A stretch of DNA of 64,000 bases from Candidatus Parvarchaeota archaeon (GCA_023380585.1 JAMCRN010000009.1:2524-66523); one strand, 5' to 3'; numbered from the stretch's first letter, positions 48,502 to 59,122 are shown. The notes: generated by a model from the sequence alone, not told the origin. Program-made: numbers and translations.

Positions 48502-49380
48502 ATGATATACAAAGAACTAGGAAAAACCAAGGAGAAAGTATCTGCTATAGGTCTTGGCACATGGCAACTTGGCGAGATTACTGAAAGCAAGGTAGACGCC
48601 ATAAGGGCGGGACTTGACAACGGGATAGACTTCATAGACACCGCTGAAATCTACGGTACGGAGGACCTTGTCGGCGAGGCAATAAAAAACAGGAAAAAGC
48701 CTTTTATCGCTACTAAGGTCTGGCCATCTAATTTCAAGTATGATTCTGTTATAAAAGCGTGCGAATCCAGCCTTAAGAGGCTTGGTGTACCTCAAATAGA
48801 CCTTTACCAGCTGCACTGGCCGAATAAATCCATCCCTATAAAAGAAACCATGTCCGCCATGGAGAGATTAGTGGAGGAGGGGAAGATAAGGTACATCGGC
48901 GTAAGCAATTTTAGACCAGAAGAGGTGGATGAGGCCAATAAAGCGCTGAAAAAAAGCGAAATAGTTTCGGACCAAGTAGAATACAGTCTGATAGTAAGAG
49001 GCGCGGAAAAGAAGATTCTCCCATACTGCAAGAAAAAAGGTTTAAGCCTCATAGCATACAGTCCTTTAGGTCATAAGAAGTTAGTATCGAATAAGCATCC
49101 GGAACTTACGGAGACTCTCAAAGAGATAGGAGAAAAATACGGAAGAAGTCCGGTGCAGGTAGCTTTAAATTGGCTCATATCAATGGACAATGTAATAGCT
49201 ATACCAAAGGCTAGCAGCAAAGAACACGTTTTGGAAGATGCGGGAGCAGCAGATTTTGTGATGACAAAGGGAGACATCGCAAAATTAAATGAAGTGTCAG
49301 CAAAGTTCCAGTCAAAATCGCTTTACCAGATGGTCGGTCCTTTAGTTTCTGTCTATTTAAAGTTTAAAAGAATATTTTGA
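48502..49380 (+). CDS. aldo/keto reductase
   Basis: IDTAEIYG and LYQLHWP, the AKR motifs. Confidence 0.85.
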   Translation: MIYKELGKTKEKVSAIGLGTWQLGEITESKVDAIRAGLDNGIDFIDTAEIYGTEDLVGEAIKNRKKPFIATKVWPSNFKYDSVIKACESSLKRLGVPQIDLYQLHWPNKSIPIKETMSAMERLVEEGKIRYIGVSNFRPEEVDEANKALKKSEIVSDQVEYSLIVRGAEKKILPYCKKKGLSLIAYSPLGHKKLVSNKHPELTETLKEIGEKYGRSPVQVALNWLISMDNVIAIPKASSKEHVLEDAGAADFVMTKGDIAKLNEVSAKFQSKSLYQMVGPLVSVYLKFKRIF

Positions 49381-49460
49381 AATTCTGTCATCTTTTTAAT
49401 CAGCTAAAATTTACTTTTATTTTTTATAATTTTATATATCTAACAATAAATCATAAAATC

Positions 49461-50588
49461 ATGAGTAGGTCACAGTCAGCCCTGGAGTACATGATGACCT
49501 ATGGCTGGGCTATCCTGATCATTGTCATCGTAGCCGCAGTCTTATACTCCTTAGGTATCTTCTCCCCATCCTCAAGCATATCAGCAACAGTAACGGGCTT
49601 CTCCAATCTAGGCTCAGTAGCAGCACAATGCACATCCAACGGAGTATTAAGATTAAGTCTTGGAGACTCGACAGGTTACCCTATAAACGTCACCAGTATA
49701 ACAGCAAAAGACTCCTCTACAAGCCAGACATCCACCTTCAAACCAAACTCCACAGTAGATCCTAATCCTATAATAGATGTGGGAGGCAGTTACATCTTCT
49801 CGGTTCCAAATGTATGTCCTCCGGCTGGCTCACATTACTCGATATCGACGACAGTGAACTACACCGAACCCGGACAGCCACTTCCAGGTCCGTATTTTTC
49901 TGTAGGGACTATAACAGGGATTACAATTCCTATAGATTTGCCTGAATATGTAGCTACTTTTAGCAGCAGCTCATCTAGAATTAATACCTCGGCAATTCCG
50001 TTTAGAAACCAGTCTTTTTCGATAACATTTTGGGTTTATCTAAAAACATACAATTCATCATGCCCATACGGTTGTGAATCAAAAGCTTTTACTCTTTCGT
50101 CCTTTCAAGGATGCACTGGTTCTTCTTGTCAGATTTTGGGCTTTGATACAAGAGGTAATAACTTCCATTATTTTGTATGGGACGCAGATCTTTATGAGCC
50201 GTCTACTGCCGGTAAATGGTATTTTATAAGCTGGACATTTAGTAACCCATCTAAGACACAAACAGGTTATATAGACGGAGCTTCGCCGGTTGGAAACGGT
50301 GTATATATAAGTAACCCCACCTACTTGTTCATAGGAGACGGGCCAGTTTTAGGAGGAGGATCTTTAGACGGGTTCATAACAAATTTTCAGATATACAATT
50401 CAACTTTAACACAGTCACAGATAGCTTCCTTGTACCAAGAAGGGCTGGATTATACACCAGTACCTAGCACAGGTTTGGCTCAGTGGTGGCCTCTTAATGG
50501 GACCATAAAGAACTATGCGCAAAATATAATCCCAGCAAACAATGGTGTAGTTTTCACAAGTAATTATCCTTCGACAGGTCTGCCTTAA
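49461..50588 (+). CDS. class III signal peptide (pilin-like) protein with LamG/ConA-like C-terminal module
   Basis: MSRSQSALEYMMTYGWAILIIVIVAAVLY, then a ~150-aa module about 93% nt-identical to the 60250 gene, then a divergent C-terminus ending LAQWWPLNG...NNGVVFTSNYP. The ORF track begins at 49377, but the prepilin-type start is the internal Met at 49461. Confidence 0.7.
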   Translation: MSRSQSALEYMMTYGWAILIIVIVAAVLYSLGIFSPSSSISATVTGFSNLGSVAAQCTSNGVLRLSLGDSTGYPINVTSITAKDSSTSQTSTFKPNSTVDPNPIIDVGGSYIFSVPNVCPPAGSHYSISTTVNYTEPGQPLPGPYFSVGTITGITIPIDLPEYVATFSSSSSRINTSAIPFRNQSFSITFWVYLKTYNSSCPYGCESKAFTLSSFQGCTGSSCQILGFDTRGNNFHYFVWDADLYEPSTAGKWYFISWTFSNPSKTQTGYIDGASPVGNGVYISNPTYLFIGDGPVLGGGSLDGFITNFQIYNSTLTQSQIASLYQEGLDYTPVPSTGLAQWWPLNGTIKNYAQNIIPANNGVVFTSNYPSTGLP

Positions 50589-50665
50589 TCGCGTCATTTT
50601 AGGAATGCAAGAAAAATGGCCAGCCAGGATTTTAATGATTTAAACCCGGAACTCTTTAAGCAAAA

Positions 50666-51229
50666 ATGGCTGAGACACTAGAAGCAATATCAGAAAGAGT
50701 GGTAAAGTGCACTTTATGTGACCTTTCCAACGGCAGAAAAAACGCCGTGCCTGGCGAGGGAATGGCAAATGCAAAACTCATGATAATAGGAGAAGCCCCC
50801 GGAAAGTATGAAGACATACTTGGAAAACCTTTCGTCGGGATGTCTGGAAAGTTTTTAAATAAATATTTAGAATTAGCTGGCATAGACAGATCGAGTACTT
50901 TTATAACAAATTCTGTCAAGTGCAGGCCCCCGAACAATAGGAAGCCCGTTATCGAGGAGATAAGCGCATGCAGGTCATATCTGATATCACAGATATCCCT
51001 GATAAAACCCAAACTCTTGCTGTGTTTAGGCACTTCCGCGTGCAATTCCATGGAAATAAGATACCAGCACCTTTCTGAAGTCAGAGGAAGACCGATGCAT
51101 CTAAAGTTTTATGGATTAGAAATAGAATGTTTTGTTACCTTTCATCCCTCCTTCCCGATGCGCTTTCCAAAAGCCAGGGAAACTTTCCTTGCGGACCTGA
51201 AAGAAGCTAAAAAAATAGTAGGGATGTAA
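50666..51229 (+). CDS. uracil-DNA glycosylase, family 4 (Fe-S, thermostable type)
   Basis: CTLCDL, GEGMANAKLMIIGEAPG and FVGMSGKFL. Confidence 0.85.
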   Translation: MAETLEAISERVVKCTLCDLSNGRKNAVPGEGMANAKLMIIGEAPGKYEDILGKPFVGMSGKFLNKYLELAGIDRSSTFITNSVKCRPPNNRKPVIEEISACRSYLISQISLIKPKLLLCLGTSACNSMEIRYQHLSEVRGRPMHLKFYGLEIECFVTFHPSFPMRFPKARETFLADLKEAKKIVGM

Positions 51230-51358
51230 CTGTGTTGTTGTGCATGCGCCAATCGAATATTTTATTAAAAATTACTATTCACTTTATAATAGTAAAGTAT
51301 TTATAGTAGTTAATCTCTTAAAACTTTAGATGCATCGGTCTTCCGGAGGAAAACAGTT

Positions 51359-52255
51359 ATGCAAAACGCAGGAAACACAAGCAAGACGAAACAATCACCG
51401 AAAGCCGGGAATGCGCCGGCGAAACCAGTGGTACAGACAACTGCTCCGGTAGTAAAACAGTCGTTAGACGATTTATTGTCTCATACAAATTCTCAGCCTT
51501 ATATGCAGCTCGCCACGGCGATGCAGATATATGACAGGCATAAAGATAAACCGAAGTTCAATGTAAACCAGGTCGGCACGGCCCTTTACAACTCTTTAGG
51601 CTCTATAATACAGCAGCATCCTGGCATGGACAGGCAGCCAGAAAACGCACTTCTTTTGAGCAGCATAAAGAACAACATCGATTACGGCACTTTTGACAAC
51701 GCCAAATTCGAAGCAGTAAGGTCGCATGCAATGAAGTTCATAGCGCCTTACTGGGAGGACGTAAAGAACGCCCTTTCAGACGGTGAATATAAGAGGATGG
51801 CGGAAATAGCTTTCGTAAGGAAGAAAGATTTCCCGAATCTGCACAATGAATTGGCTTCGCATGATACAGCAAAGAATGCCGCGTTCTTCGGCGTGATGCT
51901 TAACCAAATGTCGGAAGACGCGAGCGCAAGGAACACTTCCAACATGCTGCAATACTACAATAGTATGGTGGATAACATAGATCTCTCCGTATACAAGAAA
52001 GCGGGATTCACAGATGCACAGGCATCGGACCTGGCTAAATCTGCAAAAGACACTTACACGAAGTTAGTGAACGGCATGACCGAACAGGCGAGAGAAGCCC
52101 ATATGAAAGACATGATGGGTATAGCCTCGTACAAGTTCTCACAGCATGTGAAGAACGTGGACGTAGGCCACATAAAGAGCAAGATAGGCGCAGCGGCTCC
52201 TTACGAGGGACTGCTGCTAGCTCTTCAGTCAAAGAGCCAGCCGAACGAGGCATAA
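51359..52255 (+). CDS. hypothetical protein (disordered Q/S/T/P-rich N-terminus), first of a three-gene operon
   Basis: No recognisable motif. Higher GC than the surrounding DNA. Confidence 0.45.
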   Translation: MQNAGNTSKTKQSPKAGNAPAKPVVQTTAPVVKQSLDDLLSHTNSQPYMQLATAMQIYDRHKDKPKFNVNQVGTALYNSLGSIIQQHPGMDRQPENALLLSSIKNNIDYGTFDNAKFEAVRSHAMKFIAPYWEDVKNALSDGEYKRMAEIAFVRKKDFPNLHNELASHDTAKNAAFFGVMLNQMSEDASARNTSNMLQYYNSMVDNIDLSVYKKAGFTDAQASDLAKSAKDTYTKLVNGMTEQAREAHMKDMMGIASYKFSQHVKNVDVGHIKSKIGAAAPYEGLLLALQSKSQPNEA

Positions 52256-52340
52256 GGCCTCGACGGCTGGATATCTTGTTTTTAGGCCTTGAGACCTCCC
52301 TCTCATGAGGCCTTTCAATATTTAAATCGCAACAGTATCT

Positions 52341-53264
52341 TTGATAAAGATGGAAATCGCAGGGATGTATCCTGAAACGGCAGAAACGGCACCGAGTAGT
52401 GCCTCTAAAGAGACAGGAGAACCGCCGGTCAAGGAGCAGAGTCCTACAGAACAGCAATCCCAACCATCTCAGGCAGCCAATGACACTTCCGTCCAATCTG
52501 CGCCTTCCACTAAGGTAGGCAGGAGCGGTACAGCAAGACGGCTCTCCTCTTTCGCTTCTCAGTTGGAAACAGAGCTTGACAAAGGAGGAATAGGCTCTAT
52601 ATATTCCAATCAGGCCGTAGGCAACGTTTTCGAGGCGGCAGAGATGCCGAAAGCAGAGGTAGTCGGCACAGAAGAGAAACTTAGAGAGATAAAAGAGCTT
52701 AACATACTCGAGCAGGGCGCAATAGAAGCCCCGCCTGAACTTTTTAATCTAGGCCTTCTCGATTTCCAGTTGACCCCATACAAAGACAATAAGGGAAAAC
52801 AGCTAACGAACAAGAACGGGGAAAAGATCTATATAATGAGGGCCAAATGGGGGTACAGGTTTTACAATAACAAACCGAACTACCGCATGAACATATATTC
52901 AGCAGCCAAGAACCTATGGCAGCATTCAGTCAATCTTCGAATGCATTTAGGAAACTTTAAGAGGAACCTGATAAACCCAGAGATATCCGGTGCTGATGTA
53001 TCTGTACGTTTCCTTTCCCCTTACAGGATAGACGGAGGATATAGATATCATTATCCAGGCAGCCCATACGCTGATGACACCCGCTCACGCAGTCTAATTT
53101 CGAGAGTTTTTTCCGCCCCATATGAGCTGCTGAAAGGCGTGATTGTAGGACCTAGAGTAGCAGTTTCTACAGGTCCTATAACAGAGCCTAAGGCCAAGTC
53201 ATTGATAGCGATACTTTCCCAGACAGATGCGAAAGCAAGACTGGAAGCGGAGGAAAACGCATGA
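52341..53264 (+). CDS. hypothetical protein (disordered acidic S/T/Q/P-rich N-terminus)
   Basis: No recognisable motif. Its stop overlaps the next gene's start. Confidence 0.45.
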   Translation: MIKMEIAGMYPETAETAPSSASKETGEPPVKEQSPTEQQSQPSQAANDTSVQSAPSTKVGRSGTARRLSSFASQLETELDKGGIGSIYSNQAVGNVFEAAEMPKAEVVGTEEKLREIKELNILEQGAIEAPPELFNLGLLDFQLTPYKDNKGKQLTNKNGEKIYIMRAKWGYRFYNNKPNYRMNIYSAAKNLWQHSVNLRMHLGNFKRNLINPEISGADVSVRFLSPYRIDGGYRYHYPGSPYADDTRSRSLISRVFSAPYELLKGVIVGPRVAVSTGPITEPKAKSLIAILSQTDAKARLEAEENA

Positions 53265-54007
53265 GTCTTAATAAGTATTTCAGCGATGACAAGGGCGTAC
53301 AGAACCTCGTCAGGCATGGATTCTCACAGATGCCGTTTCATATAGAAAGTGAAGATACGGAAGAAGCTATAGCCGACGGAGTTTGCTGGGCGAGGAAAGG
53401 ACTGGAAAAAATATTAGGAGATACGATAGTAGTCGTAGAAAAATTGGGCAGAGGCAGGAAGACGCATTACAATCTTGTAGGGCCTCTTTCTTTAGAAACA
53501 TATTCCAAAGAAGAGATAAGCGACGATGAAAGGATACAAGATAAATTCAAACCAGGAGTATTATATATAAGCAAATACAATGCTCCGAGAGAAGGAGGTT
53601 CATTTGTAGGGGCTATGAACCCCGAGCATATAATAGGCGCCTACGGGATAGTAAGAGGATACTTAATGAAGAAAGAGGACCATGGGCAGACAACCCGTCC
53701 GATACCTGAGATAGACAGGATATCAACAGGGCCGTATGGGATGGTGCCGAAGAAGGTAACAGACATAATAGCGGACAGTTACGGTTTTCCTAGGCCTAAA
53801 GAGGGAGACATAGTCCCGGTCATATCACATTACGATTTCAACCTAACTTCTTTCAATGAGGAAAACCCCCAGAAGATATTCAGCGCAGTGGTCTACGATG
53901 GTCCGGTATTCCAGGTAACTCCACAGGCAGACGCGGACCGTGTAAAAGTACTGGAAGTCGTCCTGGGTATAGACAAACATCTTTCCTCGTTTCTATTCAA
54001 GAATTAG
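53261..54007 (+). CDS. hypothetical protein
   Basis: No recognisable motif. It is translationally coupled to the previous gene by a 4-nt overlap. Confidence 0.45.
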   Translation: MSLNKYFSDDKGVQNLVRHGFSQMPFHIESEDTEEAIADGVCWARKGLEKILGDTIVVVEKLGRGRKTHYNLVGPLSLETYSKEEISDDERIQDKFKPGVLYISKYNAPREGGSFVGAMNPEHIIGAYGIVRGYLMKKEDHGQTTRPIPEIDRISTGPYGMVPKKVTDIIADSYGFPRPKEGDIVPVISHYDFNLTSFNEENPQKIFSAVVYDGPVFQVTPQADADRVKVLEVVLGIDKHLSSFLFKN

Positions 54008-54033
54008 ATGTTATCTCTGCAAAGTTTAAATAA

Positions 54034-55014
54034 TTGCGGTTACAATCCATAAAAATGAAGGTTTTATCTTTTGATACAGTAATATTCTTAGTGATAGGTA
54101 TAGTCGTAATCCTGCTGGCAAGCACTTACAACATATCACAGGCACTGGCGGCTTTTTCTAACATAAATCTTTTTTACATATTCCTGGCCGCAGTGGCTTG
54201 GGTCCTATTCATATTTTCAAGGTTCATGCCATGGTCGTTTGTACTACGGAGACTGAAGATGAAGGTGCCGTTCATAAAGAGCATGTCCATGATGATACCC
54301 TTCTTTGGGCTCGCTTTCATACCTTCCAGCGTCGGACAGCTCCTACCTCTGCAACATTTAGAAGAGTTCAAGAAGGAATCCCGTTTTTTGTCTCTTGGGA
54401 TACTGCTGTCTCTTAACTCAACATACCTACTTAGCATCATAGCCATGGCCATGATAACCGCTATCTTCGTATCGAATCTTGTTCTGTATATCGTGGCGAT
54501 ATTTGCTATATTATATTTCTTTGTCTCGATGCTAAAGCTAAGCCTGTTCTATAAAGCAATAGACAGATATGTAGTCAAGCCGTTTAAGCTGAAGAAAAGA
54601 AGGTTTATAAAGAACGTCACAAAATACCTTAAACAGCTGGAAAAGAATAAGAGCATATTCTCTCAAAAGGACATAATAACACAGATTCTGCTCTTTCTTC
54701 CGCCCCTGCTCTTGGAAGCGAGCATCCTTTACTTCGCGTTGGTAGCGCTGAACCAGAGCATATCCTTCTTGTCTGCAGTTTTCATCTTCTCCTTCTCTTT
54801 CTCAATCGGAGTATTGCTCTTTTTCTTCCCAGGGGCGATAGGACCGGCCGACGCTTCTATAATAACCCTGCTTATCATTTCCGGAGTGCCAGGGGCAATA
54901 GCCGTCTCAGCAGACATAATACTGCGTTTTTTCAATACTTTTCTGACAATACTGGCCTCATACGGAGTATTCTTGTTTTCAAGGCGTTACATGTGGTCAA
55001 AGAAGACGGTTTGA
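54034..55014 (+). CDS. flippase-like / lysylphosphatidylglycerol-synthase-like (UPF0104) polytopic membrane protein
   Basis: Eight TM helices. It sits at the head of the glycosyltransferase cluster. Confidence 0.45.
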   Translation: MRLQSIKMKVLSFDTVIFLVIGIVVILLASTYNISQALAAFSNINLFYIFLAAVAWVLFIFSRFMPWSFVLRRLKMKVPFIKSMSMMIPFFGLAFIPSSVGQLLPLQHLEEFKKESRFLSLGILLSLNSTYLLSIIAMAMITAIFVSNLVLYIVAIFAILYFFVSMLKLSLFYKAIDRYVVKPFKLKKRRFIKNVTKYLKQLEKNKSIFSQKDIITQILLFLPPLLLEASILYFALVALNQSISFLSAVFIFSFSFSIGVLLFFFPGAIGPADASIITLLIISGVPGAIAVSADIILRFFNTFLTILASYGVFLFSRRYMWSKKTV

Positions 55015-55087
55015 CGGATTTATTGACCAGTTTTCAGTCGCCAAGCCAGAAGGAGATTTATTTATTCAAAAATCTGTTTTTATAGAC

Positions 55088-56251
55088 ATGGATAACGATA
55101 GAAGCCTGAAAATCGCTATTTTTACGGATACTTATCATCCTGCAGTGGATGGCGTCGTCAAGTATATAGACAACATCAGGAACGAACTTGAAAGCCGCGG
55201 TCATGAAGTTTACGTGTTCGCGGCAGGCAATAGAGCAACCAGGGAGTTATCGAATGCAGACAAAAAGCTATTTGTCTTTTATGGGATAAATTTCCGCAAG
55301 TACAAACAATATACCTTAGCGGCTAATCCGATCTTGACAAGGATAGTAGGCAAGATAAAACCGGACCTGATACATTCACAGACACCGTTTTCTATGGGGT
55401 TACTCGGCCTTATCGCAAGCAGAAGATACAAGATAAAGATGCTAAGCACATTCCATACCTTCATAAACTCCGATGAACTTATCGAGAAATATCTGAATAA
55501 AAACAAAGCACTTCTTAGGATATCTAAAAGGCTGCTGGTACAGTACATGCGATATTTTTACTCCAGGAATAGTATTGTGATAGCGCCAAGCGAATACTCA
55601 AAAAGAATCCTCTCCAGAATCGGCGTAAAAAATGTCGTAGTAGTACCTAATGGAGTAAATCCCCCTTCCGAAATAAGCAAGTCATATGCAAGGAGGAAGC
55701 TCGGGATAAGACCGAAGGAAAGGATAATATTGTACATGGGAAGGATAGGGCATGAAAAGAACCTAAACTTTCTGGTCTCTGTATCCGACAAGATTGCGGA
55801 ATTAGGCGCGACATTGGTGATCGGAGGATCCGGACCGGCTTTATCCGGACTCGAAGACTATGTTTCAAAGAACAGGCTGCCGAATATAAAATTCCTTGGA
55901 TTCGTCAGCGAGTCAGAGAAAAATGCCTACTACAAAGCTGCCGATGTTTTCGTAAACCCCTCGAATATAGAAATCTTAAGCACGGTGGACATAGAAGCCA
56001 TGGTAAACGGGACGCCTATACTAGTGCCGGCTATGACTTCTCAGGAAGAGTTCCTGAGAAAAGGAAAATGCGGCGAAAAGTTCAATCAAAACGACCCGGA
56101 TGATTTCATAAGAAAGCTTAAAATAATGTTTAGAAATCTGGATAAATACAATCCTCAGCGGTGTGCGAAAGAGTACTCTATAAAAAATTCCGTGGACAGG
56201 CTCTTAGAGGTCTATTATTCGCTTTTAAAGGAAGATGTACGAACCTCCTAG
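55088..56251 (+). CDS. GT4-family glycosyltransferase
   Basis: An N-terminal Glyco_trans_4-like region (IAIFTDTYHPAVDGV) and the C-terminal GT1/GT4 EX7E region. Confidence 0.85.
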   Translation: MDNDRSLKIAIFTDTYHPAVDGVVKYIDNIRNELESRGHEVYVFAAGNRATRELSNADKKLFVFYGINFRKYKQYTLAANPILTRIVGKIKPDLIHSQTPFSMGLLGLIASRRYKIKMLSTFHTFINSDELIEKYLNKNKALLRISKRLLVQYMRYFYSRNSIVIAPSEYSKRILSRIGVKNVVVVPNGVNPPSEISKSYARRKLGIRPKERIILYMGRIGHEKNLNFLVSVSDKIAELGATLVIGGSGPALSGLEDYVSKNRLPNIKFLGFVSESEKNAYYKAADVFVNPSNIEILSTVDIEAMVNGTPILVPAMTSQEEFLRKGKCGEKFNQNDPDDFIRKLKIMFRNLDKYNPQRCAKEYSIKNSVDRLLEVYYSLLKEDVRTS

Positions 56252-56343
56252 GAGGCCGTTGCCGGCGTCCCTTTTTCAAGGCTTACGTATAGCTAAAGCC
56301 GACGGCTGGATAGTTTTATTAATAAGCTTCGTTCGGTATTAGA

Positions 56344-57069
56344 ATGGACGAGTATCCATTGATATCAGTATTGATACCGACTAGAAACGAAGAAAAATAC
56401 CTGCCTTTTTTGCTTAAGTCGATAAAAGCCCAGACCTACAAGAATTACGAAATAATCATTGGAGATTATATGTCCGTTGACAACACGATACCCATAGCCC
56501 GTAAATACGGCGCAAAAGTCATAAAATGCCATAAAAAAGGAATGGCAGCCGGAAAAAACGCAGCGCTAAATATCGCTAAAGGAGAAATAATATTATTCGT
56601 AGACGCAGATTTCATCTTGTCCAAACGCTTGTTTGAATCTGTCGTAAAGATGTTCAGAAAAGAAAAGGACGTTGTTGGAATAGAGCCAAGGTCGGCACTC
56701 AACCCACGAAGCATCAGAAAGGACAGGCTCCCCTACTTTAGGATGGCTGTAAGGATAATCAACATATTAAAACGATTTTCTTACCATACCAAGGCGCCAT
56801 TCGCTTTTGGTTGTGTTTTTTGCAGGGCGTCGGCCATGAAACGTGCAGGCAGATTCAAAGAACATCTTTTGATCATTGAAGATAAGGACTTCTATTCGAG
56901 ACTCAGGAAATATGGACGTTTCAAAATGGTAAATGCGACCGCGATGATCTCCTTCAGGCGACAGGTCGGTAAAGGTTTTCTGCGTTCGACAATTACTTAC
57001 ATAAAGGCCGAGATAGGGTGGGCCACGACCGGGAAAGTAAAGGGAGAACTGGAGCCCGTCCGTTTGTAG
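56344..57069 (+). CDS. GT2-family glycosyltransferase (dolichyl-phosphate sugar transferase-like)
   Basis: ISVLIPTRNEEKYL and the DAD motif (FVDADFIL). It is paralogous to 58309..59040. Confidence 0.8.
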   Translation: MDEYPLISVLIPTRNEEKYLPFLLKSIKAQTYKNYEIIIGDYMSVDNTIPIARKYGAKVIKCHKKGMAAGKNAALNIAKGEIILFVDADFILSKRLFESVVKMFRKEKDVVGIEPRSALNPRSIRKDRLPYFRMAVRIINILKRFSYHTKAPFAFGCVFCRASAMKRAGRFKEHLLIIEDKDFYSRLRKYGRFKMVNATAMISFRRQVGKGFLRSTITYIKAEIGWATTGKVKGELEPVRL

Positions 57070-57196
57070 TCAAAATGTCCCGATCGTTGGCTGGATGGCA
57101 AACGCTACATGGTCCATGGAATATATATGGTATTATTATAAGAGTTTCTAAGAATCATATGGATATTATCTCATCGGACGTCTACGGGAGCAAAAC

Positions 57197-58312
57197 ATGC
57201 TAGTAGGGACATCTACTTCTGCGCACCAGGTGGAGGGCAACAATAAGAGCAGCGACTGGTGGCATTTCGAGCAGACAAACAGGCTGAAGCATAAATCCGG
57301 CTCCGGATGCGACCAGTACAGGCTTTACAAGAAAGACATAGACCTAATGAAATCTCTAGGATACAATGCCTATAGATTCTCTATAGAATTCGCCAGAGTC
57401 ATGCCCCACGAGAGGAGTATAGACCAGGGGGCCGTAAAACATTACAAAGACATGATAGAATACATGAAGCAGAAGGATATAGAGCCTATCCCGACGCTGT
57501 GGCATTATACACTGCCGCTCTGGTTCTCCAGGAAGGGCGGGTTCGAAAAGAGGAAAAATTTCAAATACTTTTTTGACTACGTAAACGCGCTCCTAGAGGC
57601 AGGGTTGGACGTAAGGTACATACTTACCATAAACGAACCGGTAATATTCTCCACAGCCGCATACTTGTCGGGCCTGTATCCTCCGTTCGTTAGATCATTC
57701 ATCAAGTGGAACAGGGTAATGCTGAACCTTTTTGCCCTGCACAATGAAGTTTATGATATACTGAAATCTTACGGTTACAGGGTCTCTTTTGCGAATAACT
57801 TCGTAGACATGAAGAGCGACTTGATATTCTCTCCAGTGACAAAGCTCATAGACTACCTTATGAATCAGAGGCCGCTTCTATTCACAAGGTTCGATTTCAT
57901 TGCGATAAACTACTATCATAGCATAGACGCAATAAGGTACCTTGTATACAAGATATACAAGGGCAGGAAAAGGGTAGAATTCCTTGATGCTAAAGGCTTA
58001 TACAACATAATACGCAGGGAGTATTCCCTGTTCAAAAAGCCGATAATGATAACCGAAAACGGCCTGGACACTTTGGACGACGATTTCAGGTGCAGATTCA
58101 TAAAGGACCATTTTGAGTCCGTGTTGTCTGCCAGGCGATCCGGCGTGCCAGTACTAGGATACCTGCACTGGTCTTTCATAGACAATTTTGAGTGGACCTA
58201 TGGTTATAATAAAAACTTCGGAGTCGTTGGTTTCGACATGAAGACAAAGAGAAGGATACCAAAAAAGAGCGCCTACGTCCTAGGTGAATTAGCAAGGGAG
58301 AACAGGGGCTAA
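57197..58312 (+). CDS. GH1-family beta-glycosidase-like protein (short, 371 aa)
   Basis: TSAHQVEG, TINEP (the acid/base Glu) and ITENG (the nucleophile Glu). Confidence 0.75.
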   Translation: MLVGTSTSAHQVEGNNKSSDWWHFEQTNRLKHKSGSGCDQYRLYKKDIDLMKSLGYNAYRFSIEFARVMPHERSIDQGAVKHYKDMIEYMKQKDIEPIPTLWHYTLPLWFSRKGGFEKRKNFKYFFDYVNALLEAGLDVRYILTINEPVIFSTAAYLSGLYPPFVRSFIKWNRVMLNLFALHNEVYDILKSYGYRVSFANNFVDMKSDLIFSPVTKLIDYLMNQRPLLFTRFDFIAINYYHSIDAIRYLVYKIYKGRKRVEFLDAKGLYNIIRREYSLFKKPIMITENGLDTLDDDFRCRFIKDHFESVLSARRSGVPVLGYLHWSFIDNFEWTYGYNKNFGVVGFDMKTKRRIPKKSAYVLGELARENRG

Positions 58313-59040
58313 CCCTTCTTTTTTCTTCTTATCGCCTTGAACCTGAATTTAAATCGTCGCGCAAGCAATGCGGACAAAGCCGCCATAAAATAGATAAGCC
58401 CGGTCTTTATGACCCCTTCTTTTGCATGCCTGCGGTAGGAGACTCTTACCGTCTTCCTTATCAGCTTGAACCTTCCGTACAGCCTTAATCTGGAAAAGAA
58501 CTCCTTGTCCTCGCACACGTCTATGTTCTCGTTGAACAGGCCTGCTTTCTTTATGGCGCTACTAAGGCAGAAATCGCACCCGTATGCTGCAGGCAGAGGC
58601 CCGAAGAAACTTATCGTCTTGTTGAGGGTGACGAAAGCATTCACTACCCTGAATTTAAGCCTGTCCTTGAACCGCAGGTCTTTCAGGCCTATCCTCGGCG
58701 AGGGCTCCACGCACACCAGCTTTTTATTCTTGTCGAAAGCCGCTACTACTCTCCTGAATACGTCCTTTGAGAGGATGTAATCTGCGTCTATAAGGGCGAT
58801 TATATCACCGTCCGCTTTCTTTATACCGGCATTTCGTGCAGTCGCTATGTTAGTCTTAGGTACCTTGATTACCCTGGCACCATATTTTTTGGCTATGCTT
58901 GGCGTAGAATCATTGGAAGAATCAGCCACTATTATGTCGTATTTATTGTAAGTCTGTGCTTTTATCGACTTTAGAAGGTCCTCTATATAGTTTTCTTCAT
59001 TGTAAGTCGGTATGACAACCGAGATAAGCCGATCACCCAT
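58309..59040 (-). CDS. GT2-family glycosyltransferase (inverted paralog of 56344..57069)
   Basis: ISVVIPTYNEENYI and IDADYIL, about 45% identical to its paralog. Confidence 0.8.
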   Translation of the reverse strand: MGDRLISVVIPTYNEENYIEDLLKSIKAQTYNKYDIIVADSSNDSTPSIAKKYGARVIKVPKTNIATARNAGIKKADGDIIALIDADYILSKDVFRRVVAAFDKNKKLVCVEPSPRIGLKDLRFKDRLKFRVVNAFVTLNKTISFFGPLPAAYGCDFCLSSAIKKAGLFNENIDVCEDKEFFSRLRLYGRFKLIRKTVRVSYRRHAKEGVIKTGLIYFMAALSALLARRFKFRFKAIRRKKKG

Positions 59041-59122
59041 ATTTTTATCCTTAGAATAGTATAGGATCGCTTAATAACTTTTCCATTCAAAATATTTAAA
59101 CCCCGTCTTTTCTTATAATATC

